Source: Escherichia coli (lineage in GTDB: Bacteria > Pseudomonadota > Gammaproteobacteria > Enterobacterales > Enterobacteriaceae). Taken from it: a stretch of DNA of 64,000 nucleotides. The DNA is taken from NCBI RefSeq assembly GCF_045037415.1, contig NZ_CP173438.1; one strand, written 5' to 3'. The position numbers and the translations under genes are program-made. Positions 1-12,687 of this stretch are shown one piece after another; the first letter of the stretch is position 1; each line of letters begins with the position of its first letter. A model generated the notes under the pieces. That model saw only the letters and a program-made list of their open reading frames with translations, searched no databases and was not told where the DNA came from.

Positions 1-2
1 GT

Positions 3-2201
3 CTGGTGAACGTCAAATATGACTCTTTTGACTCCGCGCTGCGTAACGCGCCGTTTATGGTTGAGGCGCGCGCGCTTTCGGTAGAGACGGTGGACTCAAA
101 AGTGCTCAACCTTGCACGGGAAGATATTGTCTGGCATTCCGTCAGCGAGTTGATTACCGATGTGCCTGATAAAGAGATGCTTGGGCTGAACATTGTGGAA
201 TTTGCCGGTGATGATGAGGCACTGATTGACGAGCGAGTTAATGCACTCTGTGTGCGGCTTGATGAGCTGATTGCCAGCCAACAGGCAGGAGTGATCGGCT
301 GGCAGGTGTGCCGCGAGCTGGCGGGTGTTGAACGTATCTATGCGATGCGCAAAAAAGCCGTTGGTCTGCTTGGCAATGCCAAAGGTGCTGCTAAGCCAAT
401 TCCGTTTGCTGAGGATACCTGCGTACCGCCGGAACACCTGGCGGATTATATTGCTGAATTTCGCGCGCTGCTCGACAGCCACGGCTTAAGCTACGGTATG
501 TTCGGTCACGTCGACGCAGGTGTCTTGCACGTCCGTCCGGCGCTGGATATGTGCGATCCGCAACAAGAGATTTTGATGAAGCAAATCTCTGATGATGTAG
601 TGGCGCTTACCGCGAAATACGGTGGTTTGTTGTGGGGCGAACACGGCAAAGGTTTTCGCGCCGAATACAGCCCGGCGTTTTTCGGTGAGGAACTTTTTGC
701 AGAACTGCGTAAAGTGAAAGCGGCATTTGACCCGCATAACCGACTCAACCCCGGGAAGATTTGCCCGCCAGAAGGTCTCGATGCGCCGATGATGAAAGTG
801 GACGCGGTGAAGCGCGGTACATTCGATCGACAGATCCCCATTGCGGTACGCCAGCAGTGGCGTGGTGCAATGGAGTGTAACGGCAACGGTTTATGCTTCA
901 ACTTTGATGCTCGTAGTCCGATGTGTCCGTCGATGAAGATCACCCAGAACCGGATTCATTCACCGAAAGGGCGCGCTACGCTGGTACGTGAATGGCTGCG
1001 TTTGTTGGCGGATCGCGGCGTTGACCCACTCAAACTGGAACAAGAACTTCCTGAATCCGGAGTCAGTTTGCGGACGTTAATTGCCCGCACGCGCAATAGT
1101 TGGCATGCGAATAAAGGCGAATATGACTTCTCACACGAAGTCAAAGAGGCGATGTCGGGCTGTCTGGCCTGTAAAGCGTGTTCGACTCAGTGCCCCATCA
1201 AAATTGATGTGCCGGAGTTTCGCTCTCGTTTCCTGCAACTCTATCACACCCGTTATTTACGCCCGCTGCGCGACCACCTCGTCGCTACGGTTGAGAGTTA
1301 CGCACCGCTGATGGCACGCGCGCCGAAAACCTTTAATTTCTTCATTAACCAGCCGCTGGTGCGCAAACTCTCGGAAAAACATATCGGCATGGTTGATTTG
1401 CCGCTGCTGTCGGTCCCCTCGCTACAACAACAAATGGTGGGGCATCGCTCGGCAAACATGACGCTGGAACAGCTTGAAGCTCTCAATGCAGAGCAGAAAG
1501 CGCGCACGGTGCTTGTGGTGCAGGACCCCTTTACCAGCTATTACGATGCTCAAGTGGTGGCGGATTTTGTCCGTCTGGTCGAAAAATTAGGTTTCCAGCC
1601 CGTGTTACTGCCATTTTCGCCAAATGGCAAAGCCCAGCATATCAAAGGTTTTCTTAATCGTTTTGCGAAGACGGCGAAAAAGACGGCGGATTTCCTCAAC
1701 CGTATGGCGAAGCTGGGTATGCCAATGGTAGGCGTCGACCCGGCGCTGGTACTTTGTTATCGCGATGAATATAAACTGGCTCTGGGCGAGGAGCGTGGCG
1801 AGTTTAACGTCTTACTGGCGAATGAATGGCTGGCAAGCGCACTTGAGTCACAGCCAGTGGCTACAGTCAGCGGTGAATCATGGTATTTCTTTGGTCACTG
1901 TACCGAAGTTACCGCCTTGCCGGGCGCGCCAGCACAATGGGCGGCAATATTTGCCCGTTTTGGCGCGAAACTGGAAAATGTCAGCGTGGGGTGCTGCGGC
2001 ATGGCAGGGACTTACGGACATGAAGCGAAAAATCATAAAAATTCGCTCGGGATCTATGAGTTATCCTGGCATCAGGCGATGCAGCGACTGCCGCGTAATC
2101 GCTGTCTGGCGACCGGATATTCCTGCCGTAGTCAGGTAAAACGGGTTGAAGGCACGGGGGTACGCCATCCTGTGCAGGCTTTACTGGAGATTATTAAATG
2201 A
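3..2201 (+). CDS. ydiJ: FAD-linked oxidoreductase YdiJ, C-terminal 731+ codons; 5' end lies upstream of the window
   Basis: ORF 6..2201 runs in frame from the window edge; FAD-linked oxidase plus Cys-rich Fe-S-like C-terminal region; sits immediately upstream of menI as in K-12. Confidence 0.9.
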   Translation: MVNVKYDSFDSALRNAPFMVEARALSVETVDSKVLNLAREDIVWHSVSELITDVPDKEMLGLNIVEFAGDDEALIDERVNALCVRLDELIASQQAGVIGWQVCRELAGVERIYAMRKKAVGLLGNAKGAAKPIPFAEDTCVPPEHLADYIAEFRALLDSHGLSYGMFGHVDAGVLHVRPALDMCDPQQEILMKQISDDVVALTAKYGGLLWGEHGKGFRAEYSPAFFGEELFAELRKVKAAFDPHNRLNPGKICPPEGLDAPMMKVDAVKRGTFDRQIPIAVRQQWRGAMECNGNGLCFNFDARSPMCPSMKITQNRIHSPKGRATLVREWLRLLADRGVDPLKLEQELPESGVSLRTLIARTRNSWHANKGEYDFSHEVKEAMSGCLACKACSTQCPIKIDVPEFRSRFLQLYHTRYLRPLRDHLVATVESYAPLMARAPKTFNFFINQPLVRKLSEKHIGMVDLPLLSVPSLQQQMVGHRSANMTLEQLEALNAEQKARTVLVVQDPFTSYYDAQVVADFVRLVEKLGFQPVLLPFSPNGKAQHIKGFLNRFAKTAKKTADFLNRMAKLGMPMVGVDPALVLCYRDEYKLALGEERGEFNVLLANEWLASALESQPVATVSGESWYFFGHCTEVTALPGAPAQWAAIFARFGAKLENVSVGCCGMAGTYGHEAKNHKNSLGIYELSWHQAMQRLPRNRCLATGYSCRSQVKRVEGTGVRHPVQALLEIIK

Positions 2202-2608
2202 TATGGAAACGAAAAATCACCCTGGAAGCACTGAATGCTATGGGGGAAGGAAACATGGTGGGGTTGCTGGATATTCGCTTTGAACATATTGGTGATGACA
2301 CCCTTGAAGCGACAATGCCAGTAGACTCGCGGACAAAGCAGCCTTTCGGGTTGCTGCATGGAGGTGCATCCGTGGTACTGGCCGAAAGTATCGGTTCCGT
2401 TGCCGGTTATTTATGTACCGAGGGTGAGCAAAAAGTGGTTGGTCTGGAAATCAATGCTAACCACGTCCGCTCAGTACGAGAAGGGCGGGTGCGCGGCGTA
2501 TGTAAACCGTTGCATCTCGGTTCGCGTCACCAGGTCTGGCAGATTGAAATCTTCGATGAGAAAGGGCGTTTGTGCTGTTCGTCACGATTGACGACCGCTA
2601 TTTTGTGA
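2198..2608 (+). CDS. menI: 1,4-dihydroxy-2-naphthoyl-CoA hydrolase (hotdog-fold thioesterase)
   Basis: 136-aa ORF matching recalled MenI/YdiI sequence ([18 protein letters not shown]...); overlaps ydiJ stop by 4 nt. Confidence 0.93.
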   Translation: MIWKRKITLEALNAMGEGNMVGLLDIRFEHIGDDTLEATMPVDSRTKQPFGLLHGGASVVLAESIGSVAGYLCTEGEQKVVGLEINANHVRSVREGRVRGVCKPLHLGSRHQVWQIEIFDEKGRLCCSSRLTTAIL

Positions 2609-2707
2609 CGTTGTCACCAGAAAAGTGTGACGCATATTGCTTTTGGTTATTATCTGCACAGTAAACGGTGGTATACTGTGCAGGTCTTGTCTAAAAGCGA
2701 GGATGCT

Positions 2708-2896
2708 ATGTCTACTCAACTTGATCCCACCCAACTGGCCATTGAATTTTTACGCCGTGACCAAAGCAATCTTTCACCTGCCCAATATCTCAAGCGTCTG
2801 AAACAATTAGAACTTGAATTTGCTGACCTGCTTACTCTCTCTTCTGCTGAATTAAAAGAAGAAATCTATTTCGCCTGGCGTCTGGGCGTGCATTGA
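2708..2896 (+). CDS. ydiH: small protein YdiH (62 aa)
   Basis: Internal ATG of ORF 2627..2896 gives MSTQLDPTQLAIEFLRRDQ..., matching K-12 YdiH; the upstream in-frame extension is not part of the gene. Confidence 0.8.
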   Translation: MSTQLDPTQLAIEFLRRDQSNLSPAQYLKRLKQLELEFADLLTLSSAELKEEIYFAWRLGVH

Positions 2897-3096
2897 TCCT
2901 GATTTAATGTCGCGAGTTCGCCAAATCGGCCTGGATTAATCTTCGTCCAGGTTCGAGGGCCTTCTTAATACTGCCTATCTACCCGCCTGATAACGTTCAA
3001 AAATAATACAAATCGCAGTTTGTGTTAAAACAGTGGGTTAGCTTTATGAGATTATCCTTATCGCCCCTTCAAGAGCTAAGCCACTGTGAGTGCCGG

Positions 3097-3163
3097 AGAT
3101 AAGCGCCGGATGGGGTAGAAACCCTTAAGCCTGTGTCGCACAGACTTAAGGGTTTTCTTATTT
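3097..3163 (+). ncRNA. rydB: candidate small RNA RydB (coordinates approximate)
   Basis: K-12 encodes the ~68-nt sRNA RydB between ydiH and sufA; a strong intrinsic terminator hairpin ends here at ~3164. The 5' end is not determined from sequence. Confidence 0.4.
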
Positions 3164-3164
3164 C
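3121..3164 (+). terminator. rho-independent terminator (nested GC stem acccttaag...cttaagggt followed by tttcttattt)
   Basis: Inverted repeat with T-rich tail read directly from the sequence. Confidence 0.6.
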
Positions 3165-3385
3165 TGAACGCTGCACTTTTTTACCTATCCCTTAAATAGT
3201 CATTTTCAATGCAACTTTTTCTTTTTCATCACAGCCTTAATGCTCCTTAGATAATAATCATTATCTAACAATGAGATACCTAATTCTTAGCGTGCCTGTT
3301 AACCCACAAATCAGGGTCTATGCTTATTAAAAGCAGGTAAAAAGCATGTTTTACGCTAAAGCCCCTGCGTTTGCTGGGTTGAACT

Positions 3386-3404
3386 GATAATCATTATCAC
3401 TAAC
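3386..3404 (+). promoter_or_regulatory. Fur box in the sufA promoter
   Basis: gataatcattatcactaa is a near-consensus Fur operator (GATAATGATAATCATTATC), about 40-60 bp upstream of the sufA ATG; the suf operon is known to be Fur-repressed. Confidence 0.7.
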
Positions 3405-3444
3405 ATGCTGTTATACGCTGAAAGCGATGAAGTGAGGTAAATCG

Positions 3445-3813
3445 ATGGACATGCATTCAGGAACCTTTAATCCACAGGATTTCGCCTGGCAAGGCTTAAC
3501 GCTGACACCCGCAGCGGCGATACACATCCGCGAACTGGTGGCAAAGCAGCCGGGTATGATCGGCGTGCGCTTAGGCGTGAAGCAAACGGGCTGCGCGGGC
3601 TTTGGCTATGTGCTCGACAGTGTTAGCGAGCCGGACAAAGACGATCTGCTGTTTGAACACGACGGCGCGAAGCTGTTTGTCCCGCTGCAAGCGATGCCTT
3701 TTATTGATGGCACGGAAGTCGATTTCGTTCGTGAAGGACTTAATCAGATATTCAAATTTCACAACCCTAAAGCCCAGAATGAATGTGGCTGTGGCGAAAG
3801 CTTTGGGGTATAG
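3445..3813 (+). CDS. sufA: Fe-S cluster assembly A-type carrier SufA
   Basis: 122 aa with C-terminal CGCGESF motif; first gene of sufABCDSE. Confidence 0.95.
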   Translation: MDMHSGTFNPQDFAWQGLTLTPAAAIHIRELVAKQPGMIGVRLGVKQTGCAGFGYVLDSVSEPDKDDLLFEHDGAKLFVPLQAMPFIDGTEVDFVREGLNQIFKFHNPKAQNECGCGESFGV

Positions 3814-3821
3814 GCGGTACT

Positions 3822-5309
3822 ATGTCTCGTAATACTGAAGCAACTGACGATGTCAAAACCTGGACCGGCGGCCCGCTGAATTATAAAGAAGGATTCTTCA
3901 CCCAGTTAGCCACCGATGAGCTGGCAAAGGGGATAAACGAAGAGGTGGTGCGCGCAATTTCGGCGAAGCGTAATGAGCCGGAGTGGATGCTGGAGTTTCG
4001 TCTCAACGCCTATCACGCATGGCTGGAGATGGAAGAACCGCACTGGTTGAAAGCGCACTACGACAAGCTGAATTATCAGGATTACAGCTACTACTCGGCA
4101 CCATCGTGCGGTAATTGTGACGACAACTGCGCGTCTGAACCCGGCGCGGTGCAGCAAACTGGCGCGAACGCCTTTTTAAGTAAAGAGGTGGAGGCGGCGT
4201 TTGAGCAGTTGGGCGTTCCCGTGCGGGAAGGCAAAGAGGTGGCGGTGGATGCCATTTTCGACTCTGTTTCGGTTGCCACTACTTATCGCGAAAAACTGGC
4301 GGAGCAGGGAATTATTTTTTGTTCCTTTGGCGAGGCGATCCACGATCACCCGGAACTGGTGCGTAAATATCTCGGCACCGTGGTGCCGGGGAATGACAAC
4401 TTCTTTGCCGCACTTAATGCGGCGGTAGCCTCTGACGGTACGTTTATTTATGTGCCTAAAGGCGTGCGTTGCCCGATGGAACTTTCCACCTATTTTCGCA
4501 TTAACGCGGAAAAAACCGGGCAGTTTGAGCGCACCATTCTGGTGGCCGACGAAGACAGCTACGTTAGCTACATTGAAGGCTGTTCCGCTCCGGTGCGTGA
4601 CAGCTATCAGTTACACGCGGCGGTGGTGGAAGTCATCATCCATAAAAACGCCGAGGTGAAATATTCTACGGTACAAAACTGGTTCCCTGGCGATAACAAC
4701 ACCGGCGGTATTCTCAACTTCGTCACCAAGCGTGCTTTGTGCGAAGGCGAAAACAGCAAAATGTCATGGACGCAATCAGAAACCGGGTCAGCGATTACGT
4801 GGAAATATCCCAGCTGCATTTTGCGCGGCGATAACTCCATTGGTGAGTTTTACTCAGTGGCGCTGACCAGCGGTCATCAACAAGCGGATACCGGCACCAA
4901 GATGATCCACATCGGTAAAAACACCAAATCGACCGTTATCTCGAAAGGGATCTCTGCCGGACATAGTCAGAACAGTTATCGCGGCTTAGTGAAAATCATG
5001 CCGACGGCAACCAATGCGCGCAATTTCACTCAGTGCGACTCAATGCTGATTGGCGCTAATTGTGGGGCGCATACCTTCCCGTATGTCGAATGTCGCAATA
5101 ACAGCGCTCAGCTGGAGCACGAGGCAACGACATCACGTATTGGTGAAGATCAACTGTTTTACTGCCTGCAACGCGGGATCAGCGAAGAAGATGCCATCTC
5201 GATGATTGTTAACGGTTTTTGCAAAGACGTGTTCTCGGAACTGCCGCTGGAATTTGCCGTTGAAGCACAAAAACTCCTCGCCATCAGCCTTGAGCATAGC
5301 GTCGGATAA
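3822..5309 (+). CDS. sufB: Fe-S cluster assembly scaffold SufB
   Basis: 495 aa from ATG at 3822 ([10 protein letters not shown]...); the ORF-track start at 3783 is an in-frame upstream extension. Confidence 0.95.
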   Translation: MSRNTEATDDVKTWTGGPLNYKEGFFTQLATDELAKGINEEVVRAISAKRNEPEWMLEFRLNAYHAWLEMEEPHWLKAHYDKLNYQDYSYYSAPSCGNCDDNCASEPGAVQQTGANAFLSKEVEAAFEQLGVPVREGKEVAVDAIFDSVSVATTYREKLAEQGIIFCSFGEAIHDHPELVRKYLGTVVPGNDNFFAALNAAVASDGTFIYVPKGVRCPMELSTYFRINAEKTGQFERTILVADEDSYVSYIEGCSAPVRDSYQLHAAVVEVIIHKNAEVKYSTVQNWFPGDNNTGGILNFVTKRALCEGENSKMSWTQSETGSAITWKYPSCILRGDNSIGEFYSVALTSGHQQADTGTKMIHIGKNTKSTVISKGISAGHSQNSYRGLVKIMPTATNARNFTQCDSMLIGANCGAHTFPYVECRNNSAQLEHEATTSRIGEDQLFYCLQRGISEEDAISMIVNGFCKDVFSELPLEFAVEAQKLLAISLEHSVG

Positions 5310-5318
5310 GGAATAAAC

Positions 5319-6065
5319 ATGTTAAGTATTAAAGATTTACACGTCAGCGTGGAAGATAAAGCTATCCTGCGTGGATTAAGCCTCGATGTTCGTCCCGGCG
5401 AAGTTCACGCCATTATGGGGCCAAACGGTTCGGGCAAAAGTACCTTATCGGCAACGCTTGCCGGGCGAGAAGATTATGAAGTGACGAGCGGCACGGTTGA
5501 GTTTAAAGGCAAAGATTTGCTTGCGCTGTCGCCGGAAGATCGTGCAGGTGAAGGCATCTTTATGGCCTTCCAGTATCCGGTGGAAATTCCCGGCGTCAGT
5601 AACCAGTTTTTCCTGCAAACGGCACTTAATGCGGTGCGCAGCTATCGCGGCCAGGAAACGCTCGACCGCTTTGATTTTCAGGATTTGATGGAAGAGAAAA
5701 TCGCTCTCCTGAAGATGCCGGAAGATTTATTAACCCGTTCGGTAAACGTTGGTTTTTCCGGCGGCGAGAAAAAGCGCAACGATATTTTGCAAATGGCGGT
5801 GCTGGAACCGGAGTTATGCATTCTTGATGAGTCAGACTCCGGGCTGGATATTGACGCATTAAAAGTGGTTGCCGATGGCGTGAACTCGCTGCGTGACGGC
5901 AAGCGTTCATTCATCATTGTTACGCACTATCAACGCATTCTCGACTACATCAAGCCTGATTACGTCCATGTGCTGTATCAGGGACGAATTGTGAAATCCG
6001 GCGATTTCACGTTGGTCAAACAACTGGAGGAGCAGGGTTATGGCTGGCTTACCGAACAGCAGTAA
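5319..6065 (+). CDS. sufC: Fe-S cluster assembly ATPase SufC
   Basis: 248 aa ABC-type ATPase with Walker A GPNGSGKST. Confidence 0.96.
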   Translation: MLSIKDLHVSVEDKAILRGLSLDVRPGEVHAIMGPNGSGKSTLSATLAGREDYEVTSGTVEFKGKDLLALSPEDRAGEGIFMAFQYPVEIPGVSNQFFLQTALNAVRSYRGQETLDRFDFQDLMEEKIALLKMPEDLLTRSVNVGFSGGEKKRNDILQMAVLEPELCILDESDSGLDIDALKVVADGVNSLRDGKRSFIIVTHYQRILDYIKPDYVHVLYQGRIVKSGDFTLVKQLEEQGYGWLTEQQ

Positions 6066-7311
6066 CGCACTGCAACAGTGGCATCATTTGTTTGAAGCTG
6101 AAGGGGCGAAACGCTCCCCGCAAGCACAGCAGCATTTACAACAATTGCTGCGTACCGGACTGCCGACACGTAAACATGAAAACTGGAAATATACGCCGCT
6201 GGACGGGCTGACCAATAGCCAGTTTGTCTGCATTGCGGGGGAGATATCCCCACAGCAGCGTGATGCCTTAGCGTTAACGTTAGACGCCGTGCGGCTGGTG
6301 TTTGTCGATGGACGTTACGTGCCCGCACTGAGCGATGCAACTGAAGGCAGCGGATATGAAGTGAGCATTAACGACGACCGTCAGGGGTTACCCGACGCTA
6401 TTCAGGCGGAAGTGTTTCTGCATTTGACGGAAAGCCTGGCACAAAGCGTGACGCATATCGCCGTGAAGCGCGGTCAACGGCCGACAAAGCCATTGCTGTT
6501 AATGCATATCACCCAGGGCGTGGCAGGTGAAGAGGTGAATACTGCCCATTACCGGCATCATCTGGATCTGGCGGAAGGTGCCGAAGCAACGGTGATCGAA
6601 CATTTTGTCAGCCTTAATGATGCTCGTCACTTCACCGGCGCACGGTTCACTATCAACGTCGCAGCGAACGCCCATTTGCAGCATATCAAGCTGGCGTTTG
6701 AAAACCCGCTCAGTCACCACTTTGCTCATAACGATTTGTTGCTGGCTGATGATGCCACCGCATTTAGCCACAGTTTCCTGCTGGGTGGCGCAGTGTTACG
6801 ACACAACACCAGTACGCAACTCAATGGCGAAAACAGCACGGTGCGGATCAATAGCCTGGCGATGCCGGTGAAAAACGAGGTGTGTGATACTCGTACCTGG
6901 CTGGAACACAATAAAGGTTTTTGTAACAGCCGACAGTTGCACAAAACTATCGTCAGCGACAAAGGCCGCGCGGTATTTAACGGTTTGATCAACGTCGCGC
7001 AGCACGCCATCAAAACGGATGGTCAGATGACCAACAATAATCTGCTGATGGGCAAACTGGCGGAAGTGGATACTAAACCGCAGCTGGAAATCTATGCAGA
7101 TGATGTGAAATGCAGCCACGGCGCGACGGTGGGGCGTATTGATGACGAACAGATGTTTTATCTGCGCTCGCGCGGGATCAATCAGCAAGATGCCCAGCAG
7201 ATGATCATCTACGCCTTTGCTGCCGAACTGACGGAAGCACTGTGTGATGAGGGGCTTAAACAGCAGGTGATGGCCCGAATCGGTCAACGACTGCCAGGAG
7301 GTGCAAGATGA
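6040..7311 (+). CDS. sufD: Fe-S cluster assembly protein SufD
   Basis: 423 aa; start overlaps the sufC 3' end as in K-12. Confidence 0.95.
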   Translation: MAGLPNSSNALQQWHHLFEAEGAKRSPQAQQHLQQLLRTGLPTRKHENWKYTPLDGLTNSQFVCIAGEISPQQRDALALTLDAVRLVFVDGRYVPALSDATEGSGYEVSINDDRQGLPDAIQAEVFLHLTESLAQSVTHIAVKRGQRPTKPLLLMHITQGVAGEEVNTAHYRHHLDLAEGAEATVIEHFVSLNDARHFTGARFTINVAANAHLQHIKLAFENPLSHHFAHNDLLLADDATAFSHSFLLGGAVLRHNTSTQLNGENSTVRINSLAMPVKNEVCDTRTWLEHNKGFCNSRQLHKTIVSDKGRAVFNGLINVAQHAIKTDGQMTNNNLLMGKLAEVDTKPQLEIYADDVKCSHGATVGRIDDEQMFYLRSRGINQQDAQQMIIYAFAAELTEALCDEGLKQQVMARIGQRLPGGAR

Positions 7312-8528
7312 CTTTTTCCGTCGACAAAGTGCGGGCCGACTTTCCGGTGCTTTCTCGTGAGGTAAACGGTTTGCCGCTGGCTTATCTCGACAGTGCCGCC
7401 AGTGCGCAGAAACCAAGCCAGGTGATTGACGCCGAGGCTGAGTTTTATCGTCACGGCTACGCGGCGGTGCATCGCGGTATTCATACCTTAAGCGCCCAGG
7501 CGACCGAGAAAATGGAGAACGTGCGCAAGCGGGCATCGCTGTTTATTAATGCCCGTTCGGCGGAAGAGCTGGTGTTCGTCCGCGGCACGACGGAAGGGAT
7601 CAATCTGGTCGCCAATAGCTGGGGCAACAGCAATGTGCGAGCGGGCGATAACATCATCATCAGTCAGATGGAGCACCACGCTAACATTGTCCCCTGGCAG
7701 ATGCTTTGCGCACGCGTTGGCGCAGAGCTGCGTGTGATCCCGCTCAACCCCGACGGTACTCTGCAACTGGAGACGCTGCCTACGCTGTTTGATGAGAAAA
7801 CTCGCCTGCTGGCAATTACTCATGTCTCCAACGTGCTTGGGACAGAAAATCCGCTGGCGGAGATGATCACACTTGCGCATCAACATGGCGCAAAAGTGCT
7901 GGTGGATGGCGCTCAGGCGGTGATGCATCATCCGGTGGATGTTCAGGCGCTGGATTGCGATTTCTACGTGTTTTCCGGGCATAAACTGTATGGTCCCACC
8001 GGCATTGGCGTGCTGTATGTCAAAGAAGCCTTGTTGCAGGAGATGCCGCCGTGGGAAGGGGGCGGTTCTATGATTGCCACCGTTAGCCTGAGTGAAGGCA
8101 CTACCTGGACCAAAGCGCCGTGGCGGTTTGAAGCCGGTACGCCCAATACCGGAGGTATTATTGGCCTTGGCGCGGCGCTGGAGTATGTTTCGGCGCTGGG
8201 GCTTAATAACATAGCCGAGTATGAACAGAATCTGATGCACTACGCGCTAGCACAGCTGGAATCTGTACCGGATCTCACTCTCTATGGCCCACAGAACAGG
8301 CTTGGCGTTATTGCTTTTAATCTCGGTAAACACCACGCCTATGATGTTGGCAGTTTTCTCGATAATTACGGCATTGCTGTGCGTACCGGACATCACTGCG
8401 CTATGCCATTAATGGCCTATTACAACGTCCCCGCGATGTGTCGGGCGTCGCTGGCAATGTACAACACCCATGAAGAAGTGGATCGTCTGGTAACTGGATT
8501 GCAACGTATTCATCGTCTACTGGGGTAA
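7308..8528 (+). CDS. sufS: cysteine desulfurase SufS (PLP-dependent)
   Basis: 406 aa class-V aminotransferase fold; 4-nt overlap with sufD. Confidence 0.96.
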   Translation: MTFSVDKVRADFPVLSREVNGLPLAYLDSAASAQKPSQVIDAEAEFYRHGYAAVHRGIHTLSAQATEKMENVRKRASLFINARSAEELVFVRGTTEGINLVANSWGNSNVRAGDNIIISQMEHHANIVPWQMLCARVGAELRVIPLNPDGTLQLETLPTLFDEKTRLLAITHVSNVLGTENPLAEMITLAHQHGAKVLVDGAQAVMHHPVDVQALDCDFYVFSGHKLYGPTGIGVLYVKEALLQEMPPWEGGGSMIATVSLSEGTTWTKAPWRFEAGTPNTGGIIGLGAALEYVSALGLNNIAEYEQNLMHYALAQLESVPDLTLYGPQNRLGVIAFNLGKHHAYDVGSFLDNYGIAVRTGHHCAMPLMAYYNVPAMCRASLAMYNTHEEVDRLVTGLQRIHRLLG

Positions 8529-8540
8529 AAGGGAGGCTCT

Positions 8541-8957
8541 ATGGCTGTATTGCCGGATAAAGAAAAATTGCTGCGTAACTTTTTACGCTGCGCCAACTGG
8601 GAAGAGAAATATCTCTACATTATTGAACTGGGACAGCGTCTGCCAGAATTACGTGACGAAGACAAAAGCCCGCAAAATAGCATCCAGGGCTGCCAGAGTC
8701 AGGTGTGGATTGTAATGCGCCAGAATGCGCAGGGAATTATTGAATTGCAGGGCGACAGCGATGCGGCCATTGTAAAAGGGCTTATTGCGGTCGTCTTTAT
8801 TCTTTACGATCAAATGACGCCGCAGGATATTGTCAATTTCGATGTGCGCCCGTGGTTTGAAAAAATGGCGCTCACCCAACATCTCACCCCATCACGCTCA
8901 CAAGGTCTGGAAGCGATGATTCGCGCAATTCGCGCCAAAGCCGCTGCACTTAGCTAA
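8541..8957 (+). CDS. sufE: sulfur acceptor SufE
   Basis: 138 aa; last gene of the suf operon. Confidence 0.95.
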   Translation: MAVLPDKEKLLRNFLRCANWEEKYLYIIELGQRLPELRDEDKSPQNSIQGCQSQVWIVMRQNAQGIIELQGDSDAAIVKGLIAVVFILYDQMTPQDIVNFDVRPWFEKMALTQHLTPSRSQGLEAMIRAIRAKAAALS

Positions 8958-9104
8958 ACTAAAGGGACAGCTTTCATCCGGTTGGCTCACATTGTCGGGT
9001 GGTCAATGTTTACACTGGCCTGCACAGGAGTGTTTTGGTTTCAGGTGAACTAAGCGCCATCCGACGTTTCAGCGTGAGTCTCCGGCAAATACAGGAGGTT
9101 TACA

Positions 9105-10109
9105 ATGAAACGCGCGTCTTTGCTTACACTCACGCTTATCGGCGCTTTTAGCGCCATCCAGGCTGCCTGGGCGGTTGATTATCCGCTACCACCAACCGGC
9201 AGCCGACTGGTTGGGCAAAATCAAACGTATACGGTGCAAGAAGGGGATAAAAACCTTCAGGCCATCGCCCGACGTTTTGATACTGCGGCAATGTTGATCC
9301 TTGAAGCCAATAACACTATCGCCCCGGTGCCAAAACCCGGTACGACGATAACTATTCCTTCACAACTGTTATTACCTGATGCACCGCGCCAGGGGATAAT
9401 TGTGAACCTTGCAGAACTGCGCCTTTATTATTATCCGCCGGGAGAAAATATCGTGCAGGTTTATCCGATAGGTATTGGTTTGCAGGGGCTGGAAACGCCG
9501 GTGATGGAAACGCGTGTGGGGCAGAAAATCCCTAACCCAACCTGGACGCCTACGGCGGGCATTCGTCAACGTTCGCTGGAGCGTGGCATTAAATTACCGC
9601 CGGTCGTTCCTGCCGGGCCAAATAACCCGCTAGGACGTTACGCACTGCGCCTCGCGCATGGTAATGGCGAATACCTCATTCATGGCACCAGTGCGCCGGA
9701 CAGCGTCGGTTTGCGCGTCAGTTCGGGCTGTATTCGCATGAATGCACCGGATATTAAAGCTTTATTCTCCAGCGTGCGGACGGGAACGCCGGTGAAAGTG
9801 ATCAACGAACCGGTGAAATATTCCGTGGAACCTAACGGGATGCGTTATGTTGAAGTACATCGACCACTATCGGCAGAAGAACAGCAGAACGTTCAGACAA
9901 TGCCGTACACGCTGCCAGCAGGCTTTACGCAATTTAAAGACAATAAGGCTGTAGATCAGAAGTTAGTCGATAAAGCGTTGTATCGTCGGGCAGGGTATCC
10001 GGTTGCGGTGAGCAGTGGAGCAACTCCCGCAGCCAGCAATGCGCCTTCAGTAGAGTCAGCGCAGAATGGGGAACCAGAGCAAGGGAATATGTTACGCGCG
10101 ACGCAGTAG
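9105..10109 (+). CDS. ldtE: L,D-transpeptidase LdtE (YnhG)
   Basis: 334 aa with signal peptide, LysM-like region and YkuD catalytic core (HGT...SSGCIRM). Confidence 0.93.
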   Translation: MKRASLLTLTLIGAFSAIQAAWAVDYPLPPTGSRLVGQNQTYTVQEGDKNLQAIARRFDTAAMLILEANNTIAPVPKPGTTITIPSQLLLPDAPRQGIIVNLAELRLYYYPPGENIVQVYPIGIGLQGLETPVMETRVGQKIPNPTWTPTAGIRQRSLERGIKLPPVVPAGPNNPLGRYALRLAHGNGEYLIHGTSAPDSVGLRVSSGCIRMNAPDIKALFSSVRTGTPVKVINEPVKYSVEPNGMRYVEVHRPLSAEEQQNVQTMPYTLPAGFTQFKDNKAVDQKLVDKALYRRAGYPVAVSSGATPAASNAPSVESAQNGEPEQGNMLRATQ

Positions 10110-10123
10110 CGGTAAATAGCAGG

Positions 10124-10155
10124 CAAAAAAATGGCGCACAATGTGCGCCATTTTT
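10124..10155. terminator. bidirectional intrinsic terminator between ldtE and lpp
   Basis: Stem atggcgcaca/tgtgcgccat flanked by an A7 run on one side and T5 on the other; sits between convergent genes. Confidence 0.75.
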
Positions 10156-10171
10156 CACTTCACAGGTACTA

Positions 10172-10420
<249 letters not shown>

Positions 10421-10663
10421 CTAGATTGAGTTAATCTCCATGTAGCGTTACAAGTATTACACAAAGTTTTTTATGTTGAGAATATTTTTTTGATGGGAAG
10501 GCACTTATTTTTGATCGTTCGCTCAAAGAAGCATCGAACGCTGGGTTTTAGATAAAAAAATTGAGAGAAAACAGGATGCTTCCATCGGATTCATCTTAGA
10601 TAAAGTGAGATTATATAGTGAAATCCGATTTGATTTTTTATTGCTTCTGGTTATCGATTAAAT

Positions 10664-10692
10664 AAAAAAAGCGCCCATCAGGACGCTTCGAT
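10664..10692 (-). terminator. probable pykF terminator
   Basis: Imperfect GC stem followed by a T7 run on the minus strand, about 30 nt after the pykF stop. Confidence 0.4.
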
Positions 10693-10718
10693 ATACAAAT
10701 TAATTCACAAAAGCAATA

Positions 10719-12131
10719 TTACAGGACGTGAACAGATGCGGTGTTAGTAGTGCCGCTCGGTACCAGTGCACCAGAAACCATAACTACGACATCACCTTTG
10801 TGTGCCAGACCGCTCTGCAGAGCCAGTTCTTTACCCAGACGGTAGAAGTCATCAGTAGAAGTGATCTCTTTAACCAGCTGCGGCACAACGCCTTTGCTCA
10901 GTACTAACTGGTGAGCCGTTTTTTCGTTGGTGGTCAGTGCCAGGATGGTGGCATCCGGGAAGTATTTACGTACTGCGCGAGCAGATTTACCGCCCTGAGT
11001 AGCAACCACGATCAGCGGAGCATCCAGTTTTTCAGCAGTTTCAACGGCACCACGGCATACCGCTTCGGTTATACGCAGTTTACGGTTGTCATTGTTGAAC
11101 TCGAGACGGCTGTTCATCACGCGGTCGGTACGTTCGCAGATGGTCGCCATGATAGAAACCGCTTCCAGCGGGTATTTACCTTTTGCGGATTCACCAGACA
11201 GCATCACTGCGTCAGTACCGTCGAGGATGGCGTTTGCAACGTCACCGGCTTCTGCGCGAGTCGGGCGTGGGTTTTTGATCATGGAATCCAGCATCTGGGT
11301 CGCAGTGATAACGACTTTACGTGCACGGATACATTTTTCGATCATCATCTTCTGGGCGAAGATAACTTCTTCTACCGGGATTTCTACACCCAGGTCGCCA
11401 CGCGCAACCATGATGCCGTCAGAGGCTTCGAGGATTTCGTCGAAGTTGTTGAGGCCTTCCTGGTTTTCGATTTTGGAGATGATGTGGATGTTTTCGCCGC
11501 CGTGCGCTTTCAGGTGCTCACGGATTTCGATAACGTCAGAACGCTTACGAATAAAGGAAGCAGCAACAAAGTCTACGCCTTGTTCGCAACCAAAGATCAG
11601 GTCCTGTTTGTCTTTTTCAGCCAGTGCTGGCAGGGCAATGGAAACGCCAGGCAGGTTCACACCTTTGTTTTCGCCCAGGTCGCCGTTGTTCAGCACTTTA
11701 CAGATAACTTTGTTACCTTCAATGGCGGTAACTTCCATACCGATCAGACCGTCGTCAACCAGTACGGTGTTGCCAACAGACAGGTCAGTAGTGAAACCTT
11801 CATACGTTACCGCAACCATTTCGCTGTTGCCGATAACAGATTTATCAGTAGTGAAAGTAAAGGTCTGACCCGCTTTCAGAGAAACGTCGTTACCGCCTTC
11901 CAGTTTCATGGTGCGGATTTCCGGACCTTTGGTATCAAGCAGGATAGCGGCGGTTTTACCAGTTTTGCTCATCACGTTGCGCAGATTCTGAATGCGCTGA
12001 CCGTGTTCTGCATAGTCACCATGAGAGAAGTTCAGACGCATAACGTTCATGCCAGCGTCCAGCATTTTAGCTAACATCTCTTCAGATTCGGTTTTCGGTC
12101 CGATGGTGCAAACAATTTTGGTCTTTTTCAT
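10719..12131 (-). CDS. pykF: pyruvate kinase I
   Basis: 470 aa from ATG at 12131 ([19 protein letters not shown]...); the ORF-track extension to 12347 is upstream in-frame sequence. Confidence 0.97.
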
Positions 12132-12687
12132 GACAGTCTTAGTCTTTAAGTTGAGAAGGATGGGAGAAACTTGCTTTCTGGGCGCACTGCCGGAAAGCGA
12201 ATCCGGTATTACGAAAGTGGTTGTGCCTCGCTCTAAGGATAGGTGACATCGAAAAAGCGTGCAGAGGAATGTGTGCTTGTGTCTCAGCCCAACGTGAGTG
12301 CCTGTTTTTGAGTCGTTGAGTTCTACAGTCCAAAGTGCTGAAACCATTCAAGAGTCAATTGGCGCGCATTATACGCTGAAATTAATCCAAAAGGAAAACA
12401 AAAACAGCGTTTCAAAAAATATACAACTTGTTAGACAATAAATTGTTATCAAAGATTCAGCGTTCCAGGGAAAAGGTTACGCAAAAACTTCGTTGTTTGC
12501 GCAACGTCTGGTGCCGGGGTTGTCAGTGTGAGGATAAGTGAAAGTTCATCCGGTGTATAAATACATCATCGCTCAATTGCTACAGTTAAAATAATTTATC
12601 ACGTTATTTGTCTGATTTTGTTTGATTTTTGTTTAATTGGTTAGATTGATATATGCTGATAGTTGGCATGATAAATAGGTATAAAGA

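Noticed and set aside
3783-3821. N-terminal extensions in the ORF track for sufB, pykF, ydhV, ydhX, sodC, ydhJ, ydgK, ydgJ, tyrS, cnu, blr, ydhL and ydiH
   Set aside because: The extensions are upstream in-frame sequence; the internal start codons with RBSs reproduce the known protein N-termini and lengths, so the shorter coordinates are used.
10911-12074. 387-aa and 260-aa plus-strand ORFs (10911..12074, 11086..11868) antisense to pykF
   Set aside because: They lie entirely inside and opposite to the well-matched pykF CDS, with low-complexity composition; typical antisense shadow ORFs in a GC-biased gene.
12335-12352. Possible Cra (FruR) operator tgaaaccattcaag upstream of pykF
   Set aside because: It resembles the Cra half-site consensus but sits about 200 bp upstream of the ATG and the match is imperfect; I cannot place it relative to the transcription start, so it is not reported as a feature.
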